Shown: positions 9,637 to 21,011, numbered from the stretch's first letter. The stretch is 64,000 nucleotides of DNA from Nostoc sp. (GCA_036918135.1 JBALDB010000007.1:352001-416000); one strand, 5' to 3'. Translations and numbers: made by a program. The notes: generated by a model not told the origin, from the sequence alone.

Positions 9637-11910
9637 CTACTCATTAATTTGACCAACGCGGCGGATATTCAAAATGTCGCTCATTTTCTTAATTTGAATA
9701 AATACTTGCTCTAGTTGAGAGCGATCGCGTATATCTATTCCTAAATCCATCAATGCAGGTTGACCAATTGCAGTTTTCACTTGGGCATGGCGGACATTGA
9801 TTCCCTGGTCACTCAACCGTGATAATATGTCTTTTAGCACTCCTACGCGGTCAAGTGCTTCAATTTGAATATCCACTGGGTAAGTTTGCACACGACCGCT
9901 GTTTTCGGCTGCTGGATTCCACCTAACTGGTACTAGGCGCTCATACTCGACATCTTCCAGATTATGGCAGCCTTGACGATGAATTGAAATCCCCCTACCT
10001 CGCGTCACTACACCAATAATTGCTTCGCCAGGAATTGGGGTACAACACTTAGCTAAATGATACACCAAACCTTCTACTCCAATAATCGGCGAATCTGGCG
10101 AGCGAGAGATATTTGGAGGCGCATCTCGCAAAGCTTTTGCTGTAGATGCTGGTTCTTTAGGAAGAAATAGGGCTACAGTTGTAACTGGTTGTTGTGCCTT
10201 TACCACTTCTCGCCAACGATTTAGTACTAAATTCAACGTCACTTCGCCGTAACCCAAACCAGCCAGTAAATCTTCCACACTGTGGTAGTTACACTTTTCA
10301 GTGACAATCTGCATTGCATCGGACTTTAAAAGACTATCAAAACCAGTTTTACCAAGTTCCTTTTCTAATAATTCTCGTCCACGGGCGACATTTTCTTCCC
10401 GGCGCGATCGCTTGTACCATTGTTTAATTCTATACTTCGCTGCTGAAGTTCTCACAAAATTCAACCAATCCAAACTCGGATGGCAGTTCTTTTGCGTAAG
10501 AATCTCCACAATATCGCCATTGTGCAGCCGCGTTGACAGAGGTACCATTCGTCCATTCACCCGTGCCCCTGAACAGTGATTTCCCACTTCTGTATGAATG
10601 CGATAAGCAAAATCTATGCTTGTAGATCCAGGACTTAAAGGCACAACATCCCCCTTAGGGGTGAAGACATAGACATCATCTTCAAATAAATTATCTTTGA
10701 CACTATCAAGATATTCTTGAGCGTCCTTGAGATCCGTTTGCCATTCCAGCAGTTGCCGCAACCAAGTAAACTTGTCATCTGTTGCTGTCAAATGGCTAAT
10801 GCTAGAACCTCCTGTTTCTTTATACTTCCAATGAGCGGCAATCCCGTACTCGGCGATATGATGCATTTCTATCGTCCGAATTTGGACTTCCAAAGGACGA
10901 CCAGTCAAACCAATTACTCCAGTATGCAATGACTGGTAACGATTAGGTTTTGGCAGTCCAATATAGTCTTTAAATCTTCCAGGAATTGGGCGAAAAGCAT
11001 CATGAACTATAGCCAACGCTCGATAGCATTCTTCATTGGTTTGAACAATAATCCGCAGAGCTGCTAAATCATAAATTTCATGAAATTCCTTTTGCTGTCG
11101 CTGCATTTTTTGGTAAATACTATAAAGATGCTTGGGGCGACCGCTAATATCTTGGCAGTGAATTCCAGCTTGCTGCAAACGCTCCCGTAAAATATCTGTA
11201 GATTTGACTAGCTTCTCTTCTCGTGCCGTGCGTTTTTCAGAAACATGCTGCTGAATTTCTCGGAAAGCTTCTGGTTCCAAATATTTAAAAGCCAAATCCT
11301 CTAATTCCCACTTAATTCGCCAGATACCCAAGCGATTAGCTAAAGGTGCAAAGATATCTCGTGTTTCCTGGGCACTACGGCGGCGGCTGGCTTCGGACAT
11401 GTATTGTAAGGTTCGCATATTATGCAAACGGTCTGCCAACTTCACCACAATCACTCGAATATCTTGCGCCATTGCCAAAAACATCCGCCGGAAATTTTCG
11501 GCTTGGCTTTCGGTTTTGCTGGTGAAATTGATTTTAGAAAGCTTGGTGACACCTTCAACCAATTGACGCACTTCTGGGCCGAAGTGTTCTTCGATTTCTT
11601 CAATAGTAACTTCTGTATCTTCAACTACATCATGAAGAAATCCAGCTGCTATCATAGCAGGACTACCGCCCAAGTCCCGCAGCAATCCAGCCACAGCAAT
11701 GGGATGAGCAATGTATGGTTCTCCTGATTTGCGGTATTGACCTTGATGCAGTTGGTAAGCAAATTCAAATGCTCGACCAATTAAGACTGCATCATTATGC
11801 CTGCGGTCATCTTCCGACTGGTCGCTAGTTGTACATGACTCCTTTAAACATTTCTTTAACCATTCCGGAATGGCAAGATCAACTGATGAATTAATAGCTA
11901 TGCTGCTCAT
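9637..11910 (-). CDS. spoT: Bifunctional (p)ppGpp synthetase/hydrolase RelA/SpoT
   Basis: HD domain (LHDVVED), KLADRLHNMRT, YQSLHT, EVQIRT, TGS and ACT domains. Confidence 0.95.
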   Translation of the reverse strand: MSSIAINSSVDLAIPEWLKKCLKESCTTSDQSEDDRRHNDAVLIGRAFEFAYQLHQGQYRKSGEPYIAHPIAVAGLLRDLGGSPAMIAAGFLHDVVEDTEVTIEEIEEHFGPEVRQLVEGVTKLSKINFTSKTESQAENFRRMFLAMAQDIRVIVVKLADRLHNMRTLQYMSEASRRRSAQETRDIFAPLANRLGIWRIKWELEDLAFKYLEPEAFREIQQHVSEKRTAREEKLVKSTDILRERLQQAGIHCQDISGRPKHLYSIYQKMQRQQKEFHEIYDLAALRIIVQTNEECYRALAIVHDAFRPIPGRFKDYIGLPKPNRYQSLHTGVIGLTGRPLEVQIRTIEMHHIAEYGIAAHWKYKETGGSSISHLTATDDKFTWLRQLLEWQTDLKDAQEYLDSVKDNLFEDDVYVFTPKGDVVPLSPGSTSIDFAYRIHTEVGNHCSGARVNGRMVPLSTRLHNGDIVEILTQKNCHPSLDWLNFVRTSAAKYRIKQWYKRSRREENVARGRELLEKELGKTGFDSLLKSDAMQIVTEKCNYHSVEDLLAGLGYGEVTLNLVLNRWREVVKAQQPVTTVALFLPKEPASTAKALRDAPPNISRSPDSPIIGVEGLVYHLAKCCTPIPGEAIIGVVTRGRGISIHRQGCHNLEDVEYERLVPVRWNPAAENSGRVQTYPVDIQIEALDRVGVLKDILSRLSDQGINVRHAQVKTAIGQPALMDLGIDIRDRSQLEQVFIQIKKMSDILNIRRVGQINE

Positions 11911-12205
11911 AGAATTGGGTCTTAAGGGACTCGGTAGATAAATCAGAGATAGACAAAACTGGCAGCATTACCATCAGCAGATGTTATTGCCACCAGATGG
12001 GTGGAAAAAACAGTGTCAGGATGGTTCTGCAATTGGCGACGCTAATCATCCAGTGTAAGTTTAAAGAATTGTAAACTTAAAAATCGATTAATTGCAAACA
12101 AAGCCTCAAATCGTGATTTGAGGCTTTTAGTGCCGAGCGGGGGGTAAGAAAGTTTATTGTATAAGAAAAATTAGTTGACATTTATATTATCTTAACTAGC
12201 ACTGG

Positions 12206-12589
12206 ATGTCTTTATACCGTGAGAAATATCAGGCACTAGTAACCTTACTAGAGCAATTACGCTCCGATGCCACAACTACCCAAATAGATGTACCCGAACT
12301 GCGGCGGCGTGTAGCCTCCTTGCAGCAACTGTTTGTAAAGGAAATTGTACCTTTGGCTGATGTTGGCGTTGGCGAAGCCTCTTTGCAAGGAAAAGACCCG
12401 CGAGTGCAGTCTTATCAAACGGAGATCGGTAAGCAGCTGCGCTTGTTGGAAATAGATGTAATGTTTTTCCAAGGAGCGCGGCAAGCATCTACTGTAGAAA
12501 CGAGACTGCAAACGATTAGCAATCGCTTGACAATTCTCATCCAATACTGTGATGCCATTTTGCAACCAGAAGCGGAGGGAGAAAAATAA
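12206..12589 (+). CDS. patD: Heterocyst frequency control protein PatD
   Basis: QSYQTEIGKQLRLLEIDVMFFQGARQ core; divergent from rel. Confidence 0.75.
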   Translation: MSLYREKYQALVTLLEQLRSDATTTQIDVPELRRRVASLQQLFVKEIVPLADVGVGEASLQGKDPRVQSYQTEIGKQLRLLEIDVMFFQGARQASTVETRLQTISNRLTILIQYCDAILQPEAEGEK

Positions 12590-12742
12590 CAATTGTTCAC
12601 CTTTTTCTCTAATTAGTACATCATCTCATTTAGGATGATTCCTGAAAAGTTATTTTGGCAACAAGTTGGAAATAGGCATTGGTAGTGTTGACTATTGACT
12701 GTTAAGCCTCACCAAAGATGCTCCACCTCTGGTGAGGAGTTA

Positions 12743-13366
12743 TTATTCTCTGCTGTGCCCTTCATCTTTTTTATCCCTAATCCCCACTCCCTTTAACAGA
12801 AGATTCATCGTGCGGCGCATGTACGCTTCTACCGGCTCGGTAGTGGGTTTGAAAATCAGTGCATAATACAGTGACCCACTGATCAGGTCGATAATTAAGT
12901 CTATATCAGCCTGGTTATGAATTTCCCCTCTAGATTTAGCACGCTCAAGTATTTTTGCAAAAGCTTCACGTCGAAGTTTTGTATATTTTGTCCAGTAAAC
13001 TTTGGCAAACTCAGGATTGCTAGATGCTGTGCTGACAATCAATGCCAGTGTTTGCCGACCAAGAGGACTATTTATTTTTTTGGTAGCATTTTTAATGACG
13101 ATATCCATGTCTCCCCAAAAGCTGCCAGTATCGGGAATCGCTAAATCATCTCTGAGACTTTCTATTGCCTCTGCAACTAGTTCTTCTTTGGAAGTGTAAC
13201 GCCGATAAATGGTGGTTTTACCAACTCCAGCACGAGCAGCGATCGCTTCTATACTCATGCTTTGATATCCCACCTCTGCAAGCAAGTCTAAGGTTGCTTG
13301 CAAAATAGCTTGGTCAGCGTGGATGCTACGTGGGCGTCCTGAGGGGCTGTTGATTTGATTACTCAT
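12743..13366 (-). CDS. TetR/AcrR family regulator
   Basis: GRPRS...SIEAIAARAGVGKTTIYRRY HTH; divergent from an MFS pump. Confidence 0.92.
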   Translation of the reverse strand: MSNQINSPSGRPRSIHADQAILQATLDLLAEVGYQSMSIEAIAARAGVGKTTIYRRYTSKEELVAEAIESLRDDLAIPDTGSFWGDMDIVIKNATKKINSPLGRQTLALIVSTASSNPEFAKVYWTKYTKLRREAFAKILERAKSRGEIHNQADIDLIIDLISGSLYYALIFKPTTEPVEAYMRRTMNLLLKGVGIRDKKDEGHSRE

Positions 13367-13670
13367 AAAAATATCATCCCCAAGCAATATTATCTTGACA
13401 ATTCACTTCTAGCTTTAGGCACACAGCATAACTACGTCGGCGTAAATAATTATCGTTGCTATAAGGCAAGGAGTAGGAGGCAGGGGGCAGGGAAAAAAAG
13501 GGTTTGAGCTTTATTTATTTTCTTTACACAGTTTAGTTTTATTGTACTGACTTACTTAATACATGAGGGTATTAAATCAGCCCTGTAATCTACTTTTTTG
13601 CACTAAAAGGCCAGCAGTGACCATCCATCTTTAGTATCAGTATTTCTGTTGCTTTTTATGCAATCCTCCC

Positions 13671-13706
13671 TTGACCGTTTTAATATGATACGCTACGGTA
13701 GCGTAT
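13671..13706 (+). promoter_or_regulatory. Sigma70-type promoter with overlapping palindromic TetR operator
   Basis: TTGACC-N17-TACGGT overlapped by the perfect palindrome ATACGCTAC-G-GTAGCGTAT (13688-13706). Confidence 0.7.
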
Positions 13707-13771
13707 ATATAGGATATCTCATTTTTGCTTTGGGGATTGCTCTGACAATCTGTGAAATACTACTTATAACA

Positions 13772-15361
13772 ATGGCTACTAATATTAAAAATTCTACCTT
13801 TGACCAATTTGGTTATGTCCAGGGGCCTTTAAAGTGGGCGATCGCTTTTACGGCCGCCCTTGGTGCTATGTTGGAAGTAATTGATACCAGTATTGTCAAT
13901 GTTGCCTTGACCGATATCCAAGCCAGTCTGGGTGCAACTGTCACTGAAGTGGGTTGGGTGGTGACTGGATATGGGATCGCTAACGTTGTTTTAATTCCCT
14001 TATCTGCATGGTTGGGAGATTACTTTGGGCGCAAAACCTACTTTATCTTCTCTTTAATTGGCTTTACTATTGCTTCGGTTTTATGCGGGTTAGCATTCAA
14101 TTTACCGATGCTGGTGATTTCTCGAATTCTTCAAGGTTTATGTGGTGGCGGGTTGCTAGCTAAAGCCCAAGCAATTTTGTTCGAGACTTTTCCACCTGCG
14201 GAACAGGGTTTAGCTCAAGCAGTTTTTGGGGTGGGTGTAATTGCTGGGCCAGCCATCGGCCCAACTTTAGGCGGATTTTTGGTAGATGGTTTGGGCTGGC
14301 GCTGGATTTTCTTTGTTAATATTCCCTTCGGAATTGTTGCAGTGACCATGTCTTTGGTATTTTTGCCGAAAGACAAAGACAAGAGCCAAACACAAAGCAA
14401 AGTCGTCGATTGGTTCGGGATTGGGTTTTTGGTGATTGCGATCGGTTGTATGCAAACTCTGTTAGAGGAAGGAGAGAAGGATGACTGGTTTTCCTCTGAT
14501 TTTATTACTGGCTTGGCTGTGGCTAGCGCCATCGGATTGGGATTATTTATTTGGCAGGAATTGAGAATAGCCCATCCTGCCGTTGATTTGCGAGTTTTGC
14601 GTCATCGTTCTTTAGCTGCTGGAAGTGTTTTATCTGCATTGGTGGGGATGGGGCTTTATGGCACACTCTTTGCCGTACCGATATTTGCTCAGAGCATACT
14701 ACAGTTTACGGCAACGCAGACAGGACTATTGTTAGCGCCTGGTGCTTTGGCATCGGCGATCGTCATGGTTCTATTAGGCAAACTCTCGAGCATAATCGAT
14801 GCCAGAATATTAATTTCAATGGGCGCTGTCGGATCGTCTGGAGTCATGTTTCAACTAGCAGCAATTACTCCACAAACCGGCACAGATGATTTATTTTGGC
14901 CATTGGTATGGCGTGGGGCTTTTACTGTATTAATGTTTCTTCCCTTAAGTCTGGCAACTTTAGGGCCGCTACCCAAGCAAGATATTTCGGCTGGCTCTGG
15001 GTTCTATAACCTTACCCGACAACTAGGTGGTAGCATCGGCATTGCCCTACTCACGACTCTCCTTGACCGACGAGAAGCTTTTCATCGAGCCATCCTGGTA
15101 ACAAAACTGACTCCTTATGACTCAGAAACTAATCAGCGCCTTGATGTACTCAACGGGGTACTCCAAAGCCAAGGTATGGATGCAACAACAGCTCAACAAC
15201 AAGCACTAGCTTTATTAAATCAAATAGTAGATACCCAAGCTGCTGTTATGTCTTACGCAGATTGCTTTCGAGTGGTAGGTATTGCGTTCCTTTGCTCGTT
15301 ACCTCTGTTATTATTCCTGGGTAAAGGCGGCGCAGCAGCAAAAGCGCCAATAGGTCATTAG
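13772..15361 (+). CDS. DHA2 (EmrB/QacA) MFS efflux permease
   Basis: DTSIVNVAL, GPAIGPTLGG, WRWIFFVNIP, RQLGGSIG; ATG 13772 lies downstream of the promoter. Confidence 0.9.
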   Translation: MATNIKNSTFDQFGYVQGPLKWAIAFTAALGAMLEVIDTSIVNVALTDIQASLGATVTEVGWVVTGYGIANVVLIPLSAWLGDYFGRKTYFIFSLIGFTIASVLCGLAFNLPMLVISRILQGLCGGGLLAKAQAILFETFPPAEQGLAQAVFGVGVIAGPAIGPTLGGFLVDGLGWRWIFFVNIPFGIVAVTMSLVFLPKDKDKSQTQSKVVDWFGIGFLVIAIGCMQTLLEEGEKDDWFSSDFITGLAVASAIGLGLFIWQELRIAHPAVDLRVLRHRSLAAGSVLSALVGMGLYGTLFAVPIFAQSILQFTATQTGLLLAPGALASAIVMVLLGKLSSIIDARILISMGAVGSSGVMFQLAAITPQTGTDDLFWPLVWRGAFTVLMFLPLSLATLGPLPKQDISAGSGFYNLTRQLGGSIGIALLTTLLDRREAFHRAILVTKLTPYDSETNQRLDVLNGVLQSQGMDATTAQQQALALLNQIVDTQAAVMSYADCFRVVGIAFLCSLPLLLFLGKGGAAAKAPIGH

Positions 15362-15993
15362 TGCCAGACCTGTAAAAAAATCTAAAAACCCTACTCAGTT
15401 TTGAGCAGGGCTATGTAAAGTTTTGTTATTAAAATTAGAATTTTTTATTTTAGAAAAGGTTCGCTATCGCGATCACACTAACGCTGGTTAACGCGATTAA
15501 AGCGCCCATAATTATAGATTCACTCAGTGGATTGCGAAATTTTGAATTATTCATTTAAGTAAAAGTCCTTTTGGTTAACTGTTTCTTAACCATATCAAAA
15601 TCAGTATATATATCCATAAAAACCCTGTAAAACTTAAATTAGCGTAAAGTTTCTTCATAAAGACTGTAGTTTTTACTTATTTAATGCTTAATAGTAGCAT
15701 TGGGCACATGGGCAAACCTATAAAAGCAGAATAACTCCTAACTTGAAGAAACAAGACAGGAGGCAGAAGGAAAGAGGATTTGACTTGTTTATTTCATTCA
15801 TAGCGGGTGGTGTGCCGCTTGTACGCCTGCTCCTAACCGCAGCTAACGAAAACGTTTTTAGCAAGGCTCCTCATTCCCCACAGTGTAGTAATTTCCGAAT
15901 ACCATAATTACCTGATCTCCTAGCGGAATACGCGCCTTTATAGAGTAAAATAAATCTTAATCAAGGTAGAAAATATTTCAACAGAAAATTACC

Positions 15994-16719
15994 ATGACAG
16001 TTTCCACAGCATCTAAAAACGAAACGATCGCTTTTGACTTAGAAAAATTAAACCAGGAATTTGAAACTGCCACCCCCAAACAAATCTTGGCATGGTCTAT
16101 AGAAAATATCCCCACAGGACTGGTGCAAACCAGCGCCTTTAATGTGGATGACATGGTAATTACCCATATTCTTTACAGCGAACTCAAGTTTCCGGTTCCT
16201 GTGATATTTCTCAATACGCTCTACCACTTTGATGAAACCCTAGAATTAGTTGCTAAAGCCAAACAAATATACAATCTGGATCTAAAAACTTACAAAACTC
16301 TAGACGCAGACAGCCCCGAAGCTTTTGAAGCCAAGTATGGCAATGCACTCTGGGACAAGGATATTCTCAAATTCCACGAAATTACCAAAGTTGAACCATT
16401 ACAAAGGGGTTTAGACGAGCTCAACAGCGTCGCTTGGATCACTGGACGCCGCCGCGACCAAGCAGTAACCCGTGCTAATATGCCCATATTTGAATTAGAC
16501 GGCAAGAATCGTTTGAAAGTAAATCCCATAGCTGCCTGGACACGCAAAGACAGCTGGCTTTACGTGGCTGAACACGGAGTCATCTACAATCCCTTACACG
16601 ACCAAGGTTATCCCAGCATCGGCGACAAACCCATCACCACCAAAGTAGCAGATGGCGAAGACGAACGTGCTGGACGCTGGCGGGGAAGTGATAAAACAGA
16701 ATGTGGAATTCATATTTAG
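15994..16719 (+). CDS. cysH: Phosphoadenosine phosphosulfate reductase
   Basis: TGRRRDQ, GYPSIGD, GRW, ECGIH. Confidence 0.95.
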   Translation: MTVSTASKNETIAFDLEKLNQEFETATPKQILAWSIENIPTGLVQTSAFNVDDMVITHILYSELKFPVPVIFLNTLYHFDETLELVAKAKQIYNLDLKTYKTLDADSPEAFEAKYGNALWDKDILKFHEITKVEPLQRGLDELNSVAWITGRRRDQAVTRANMPIFELDGKNRLKVNPIAAWTRKDSWLYVAEHGVIYNPLHDQGYPSIGDKPITTKVADGEDERAGRWRGSDKTECGIHI

Positions 16720-16830
16720 TTATTAGTCTATTAGTCATTTGTCATTAGTATTAAACAAAGAGATAAGTCTGAGATTGGGCTTTGTGAGATTAGAACTTCA
16801 AAGACAAATGACTAAAGACAAAGGACAAAT

Positions 16831-18084
16831 ATGATCAAAATCCTCCACCTTTCCGACATCCACATGGGAAGCGGCTTTTCCCACGGACGAATTAATCCCG
16901 CAACTGGATTAAATACACGATTGGAGGATTTTGTCAATACATTATCTCGATGTATTGACCGAGCGATCGCAGATCCCGTAGATTTGGTGATATTCGGTGG
17001 CGATGCTTTTCCAGATGCCACACCACCACCTTACGTACAACAAGCTTTTGCTAGCCAGTTTCGCCGTCTGGTAGATGCCAATATTCCGACAGTGCTGTTA
17101 GTGGGGAATCACGACCAACATTCCCAAGGACTAGGAGGAGCGAGTTTATGTATTTACCGCACCTTGGGAGTGCCTGGTTTTATTGTCGGTGATACATTAA
17201 CCACACACTCCATAGAAACCGTCAATGGCAAAGTGCAAGTAATTACGCTTCCTTGGCTGACTCGTTCCACGTTGATGACTCGTCAAGAAACTGAGGGTTT
17301 GTCTTTAGCGGAAGTCAACCAACTGTTAACGGAACGCTTGCAAGTTGTTATAGAAGGCGAAATTCGCCGTCTTGACCCCGACGTGCCAACTGTACTTTTG
17401 GCTCACTTGATGGCTGACAATGCTACCTTGGGAGCAGAACGCTACTTGGCAGTGGGTAAAGGCTTTACTCTACCGCTATCTTTATTGACGCGACCTTGTT
17501 TTGATTATGTAGCCTTAGGACATGTCCATCGTCATCAAAATTTGAATAAATCTAATAACCCCCCAGTGATTTATCCAGGTAGTATTGAGCGGGTAGATTT
17601 TAGTGAAGAAAAAGAAGACAAAGGCTATGTAATGATTGAACTGGAGCGGGGTAAAGCAGAGTGGGAATTCTGTCCGTTACTAGTTCGGGATTTTTGCACA
17701 ATTGAAGTGGATGTCTCCAAAGCAGACGATCCTCAAGCGGTATTAATCAAAGCGATCGCCAAGTATGACATTGAAGATGCTGTAGTGCGGCTGATTTATA
17801 AACTCCGCTCTGAGCAGATGGATTTAATTGAAAGTTCCTCTCTACATACTGCTTTGAGTCCAGCTCACACCTACACTATCCAAGCAGAATTAGTGAGTCA
17901 ATTAGCCAGGCCTCGAATTCCGGAATTGAGTGCGAGTAGTAGCATTGACCCAATGGAAGCCTTGAAAACTTACTTGAACAATCGGGAAGACCTGAAAGAC
18001 ATCGCAGCATCAATGCTAGAAGCTGCACAAAAGTTGCTAGCAGATGATGTGGAAGTTTGGCTAGAAGCAGCAACTAATGAATGA
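16831..18084 (+). CDS. sbcD: Exonuclease SbcCD subunit D
   Basis: HLSDIH, GGDAF, GNHD, ALGHVH, YPGS metallophosphoesterase motifs. Confidence 0.92.
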   Translation: MIKILHLSDIHMGSGFSHGRINPATGLNTRLEDFVNTLSRCIDRAIADPVDLVIFGGDAFPDATPPPYVQQAFASQFRRLVDANIPTVLLVGNHDQHSQGLGGASLCIYRTLGVPGFIVGDTLTTHSIETVNGKVQVITLPWLTRSTLMTRQETEGLSLAEVNQLLTERLQVVIEGEIRRLDPDVPTVLLAHLMADNATLGAERYLAVGKGFTLPLSLLTRPCFDYVALGHVHRHQNLNKSNNPPVIYPGSIERVDFSEEKEDKGYVMIELERGKAEWEFCPLLVRDFCTIEVDVSKADDPQAVLIKAIAKYDIEDAVVRLIYKLRSEQMDLIESSSLHTALSPAHTYTIQAELVSQLARPRIPELSASSSIDPMEALKTYLNNREDLKDIAASMLEAAQKLLADDVEVWLEAATNE

Positions 18085-18171
18085 GGTTTATTGACTGCTG
18101 AGGGTTAACAGTTAACCGTCAAGTGTCAACAGGAAAAGATGTAGAAGTTAAATGTGTAACAGCTTAGTTCT

Positions 18172-19182
18172 TTATGTCCAAGCACGGAAAAACGTACTAT
18201 CTTCCCAAATACTAGCAGTTTGCCCTGCGATCGCTTTCAATTCTTGCTCTTTGAGGGGTACAAAAGCACGTGCTATCTTGACATTATTCTCTAGTTGTGC
18301 AGTTGTCTCTGCGGCAATTATACAACAATGCACTCCAGGCTGAGACATTGTATATCCCAAAGCTTGTTGCATACCTGTTAATCCACCTGATTTAAATAGG
18401 CGACCATAAGCCGGGACTTTCATGGCAATTACACCCACATTTTTTTGTTGAGCAACTGGTAGAACTACCGGGATAAATGGACGTGGGTGGTGTTTGTCAG
18501 CAGCATTCACAGGAATCAGTGTGGTGTGGAAAGGATAGCGACGCAACCCTTCGGCAATTATCTGAGGATCGTGATGTCCGGTAATACCTGCGAAGCGGAC
18601 GAGTTTTTGTTGTATGGCTTCTTCTAAAGCTCGAATTGCGCCAGCTGGACTAAAGATGGTATCGAGTTCTTCAACAAAAGAGACGTGATGTAATTGCCAC
18701 AAATCGAGGTAATCTGTATTCAGACGTTTGAGCGATCGCTCTAATTCTCGCCATGCACCATCCCGGTCTCTTCGATCGGTTTTGCTGGCCAGAAACAGCT
18801 TTGAACGATGGGGTGGTAGCACTTTGCCTAGATAATCTTCACTAGGCCCATAACTTGCAGCAGTATCAAAGTAGCGAATCCCAAGTTCTAGCGCTTTTTG
18901 AATAATTTTGGCAGCATCAGCTTCTCTTCCTTCCCAGGATAGCGGCGTTTGTCCTGCTCCTCCCAAGCCGAATATAGGCACATTTACTTCCGTGCGTCCC
19001 AACACTCGTTCTGGCATCGTTGCTGGTGGTGTCACGGTATTGATAGTATTTTGTTGTGTGGTAGTGTTAGTAGTATTTTGCTGTAAAGCGTTAGTGGCCA
19101 CAATACCACTGGTAACAGCAACACTGGTAATTAGAAAATTACGCCGCGTCTTTGCTTCTGTCATGATTGGCTTTGGGGACAA
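18172..19182 (-). CDS. Aldo/keto reductase with twin-arginine signal
   Basis: TRRNFL; GIRYFDTAASYG, SLKRLNTDYLDL. Confidence 0.88.
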   Translation of the reverse strand: MSPKPIMTEAKTRRNFLITSVAVTSGIVATNALQQNTTNTTTQQNTINTVTPPATMPERVLGRTEVNVPIFGLGGAGQTPLSWEGREADAAKIIQKALELGIRYFDTAASYGPSEDYLGKVLPPHRSKLFLASKTDRRDRDGAWRELERSLKRLNTDYLDLWQLHHVSFVEELDTIFSPAGAIRALEEAIQQKLVRFAGITGHHDPQIIAEGLRRYPFHTTLIPVNAADKHHPRPFIPVVLPVAQQKNVGVIAMKVPAYGRLFKSGGLTGMQQALGYTMSQPGVHCCIIAAETTAQLENNVKIARAFVPLKEQELKAIAGQTASIWEDSTFFRAWT

Positions 19183-19347
19183 AATTACTTTTATTGTAAA
19201 ATCTTAGCTAGGAAAAATTAATTTCAGACAATAAATCTATCCTGGGATTAGTTTTGTGAATAATTTCATACTCAAAAAGCGATGGCTACGCCAACGCCAA
19301 AGGCGAACGCACTTGTATTTTTAGTTTAGCTTTCAGGGGCGATCGCT

Positions 19348-20835
19348 TTACTTCTTGCTAACAGTATTTTTCTGAGCGTAGTTAAGATTTTTTTGATATT
19401 CTCTGATTTTTTGTTGGGCTATTGGATAATTTGGGCTAGAAAATGACACATTTTTCATAAGTGCGATCGCTTCTTGCCATTCACTCACAACAGTCTTCCA
19501 TTCATCTAGAGATTTTGCTGATTGAGTGAGGTTAGCTGCATTAATTGCTTTATTTACCGCCTCTCTGAATGTATCAGTTTGGGGTGTAATTACTGTTGCC
19601 AATGGAGTTGGTAATAAATTTTGAGAGGGTAAATAAATTTCTGATTTTTCTTTGATGATAATGGTTGCCAATAAATATATTCCTATCCCAACTAAAAAAA
19701 TTAAAATAATTCTTAAAAGTTGATTATTAATTTTTTTAACTGATTTACGATTTGTTTGATATATTGACAATACAGTAAAGTGCTGTTTTTTCCCTTTTTT
19801 GATTTGAGTTAGACCCATATCACCACGCAGTTTATCGACTTCTAAATCTGTGCGATCGACACTGTATTTTTTTTCCTTCTGTTGAAAATTTATCAGAAAA
19901 CTTTTTATTTGAGGAAGCAGACATTTTCTGGCTAATAGTTCTAATTGGTAGAGATATGCCGCAGTTATAATCCAAATTATGAACCAGTCTTTATTTAAAA
20001 AATTATTAGTTTCAATACTATAAAAAATTTCTTTTGCTACACGTCCAGTTAAATGCCCAGTACAACCATAGAAGTATTCCGAAATTTTATAATACGATTT
20101 GCAATTAAAAAAAGCTAATTCAGAAAATATACTCAAGATTATTAAAAATGATATTCCTATCACAAATGTGCCGTAAAACCCTGACCATAAACTTTTCAAA
20201 CTAGGCATCCATTTAGCCAATTTACGATCTGATTTATCTTTTTGCCAAATAAACCAAAAAATATGGTAAATAAATGCTAGAAAAAATGATGGTATTAATA
20301 AGCCAAATAAAACAGAGAATATTAATAATCCCGGAATGTTTCCCAAAACTGATAGCAATACTCCAAGTAATCCAAAGACTATCAAACGTGTACCAGGAAA
20401 TGCTATCGGAACTAGAACAATAGCCCTGAACCAAGAACTAGGATAAGGAAACCAAATAGGCCATATTTGAGAGAGGGTTCTGGATTTTTCTTGTTTAGTC
20501 GCTTCTGAAACACTAGAATGTTTTTTAATCTCGTTATTCTCAAGAGTCAAATTGAAATAATCTATCCAAGCTGCTGAAGTTTCTCCGAGTTTTTTTCCAC
20601 ATATCTTTATAGATTTAATAGATGAAATATCTAACTTGATTATTAATTTACGAATCAAAGTAACTGATGATTCTTGTTCGGGTACTTGAGAAGATTCCAG
20701 CATTATCTGTAAACAGCCATCTTTAAATAAGACTTTAGCAGTAATACCTTTTGGTTGCAAAAGATAATTGGTTACTGAAGCGATCGCTTGTGTATCTCCC
20801 TGTTTAGCAAGTTCTAAAAGATTCGGTTGTGTCAT
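19348..20835 (-). CDS. Hypothetical multi-pass membrane protein
   Basis: N-terminal LELAKQGD..AIA..N..LQPKGITAKV domain shared with 21012-21533; several TM helices; helical C-terminus. Confidence 0.75.
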   Translation of the reverse strand: MTQPNLLELAKQGDTQAIASVTNYLLQPKGITAKVLFKDGCLQIMLESSQVPEQESSVTLIRKLIIKLDISSIKSIKICGKKLGETSAAWIDYFNLTLENNEIKKHSSVSEATKQEKSRTLSQIWPIWFPYPSSWFRAIVLVPIAFPGTRLIVFGLLGVLLSVLGNIPGLLIFSVLFGLLIPSFFLAFIYHIFWFIWQKDKSDRKLAKWMPSLKSLWSGFYGTFVIGISFLIILSIFSELAFFNCKSYYKISEYFYGCTGHLTGRVAKEIFYSIETNNFLNKDWFIIWIITAAYLYQLELLARKCLLPQIKSFLINFQQKEKKYSVDRTDLEVDKLRGDMGLTQIKKGKKQHFTVLSIYQTNRKSVKKINNQLLRIILIFLVGIGIYLLATIIIKEKSEIYLPSQNLLPTPLATVITPQTDTFREAVNKAINAANLTQSAKSLDEWKTVVSEWQEAIALMKNVSFSSPNYPIAQQKIREYQKNLNYAQKNTVSKK

Positions 20836-21011
20836 AACTAATAAATGCGAAAATCTGATAAATTATCATTTATCTTAGAATTCCCCATTTACAGGTGAAA
20901 GCAACACAATATATTCATAAAACTTCTAACTATATATTGAATTCTTATATATTTTTATTAATTTTATTGCAATTAAACTCTTTTTTTAAATTTATGCTAA
21001 AAAACTGAAGA

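Noticed and set aside
13649..13771. Longer N-terminus of the MFS pump given by the ORF track
   Set aside because: Overlaps the predicted promoter/operator; ATG at 13772 is more plausible
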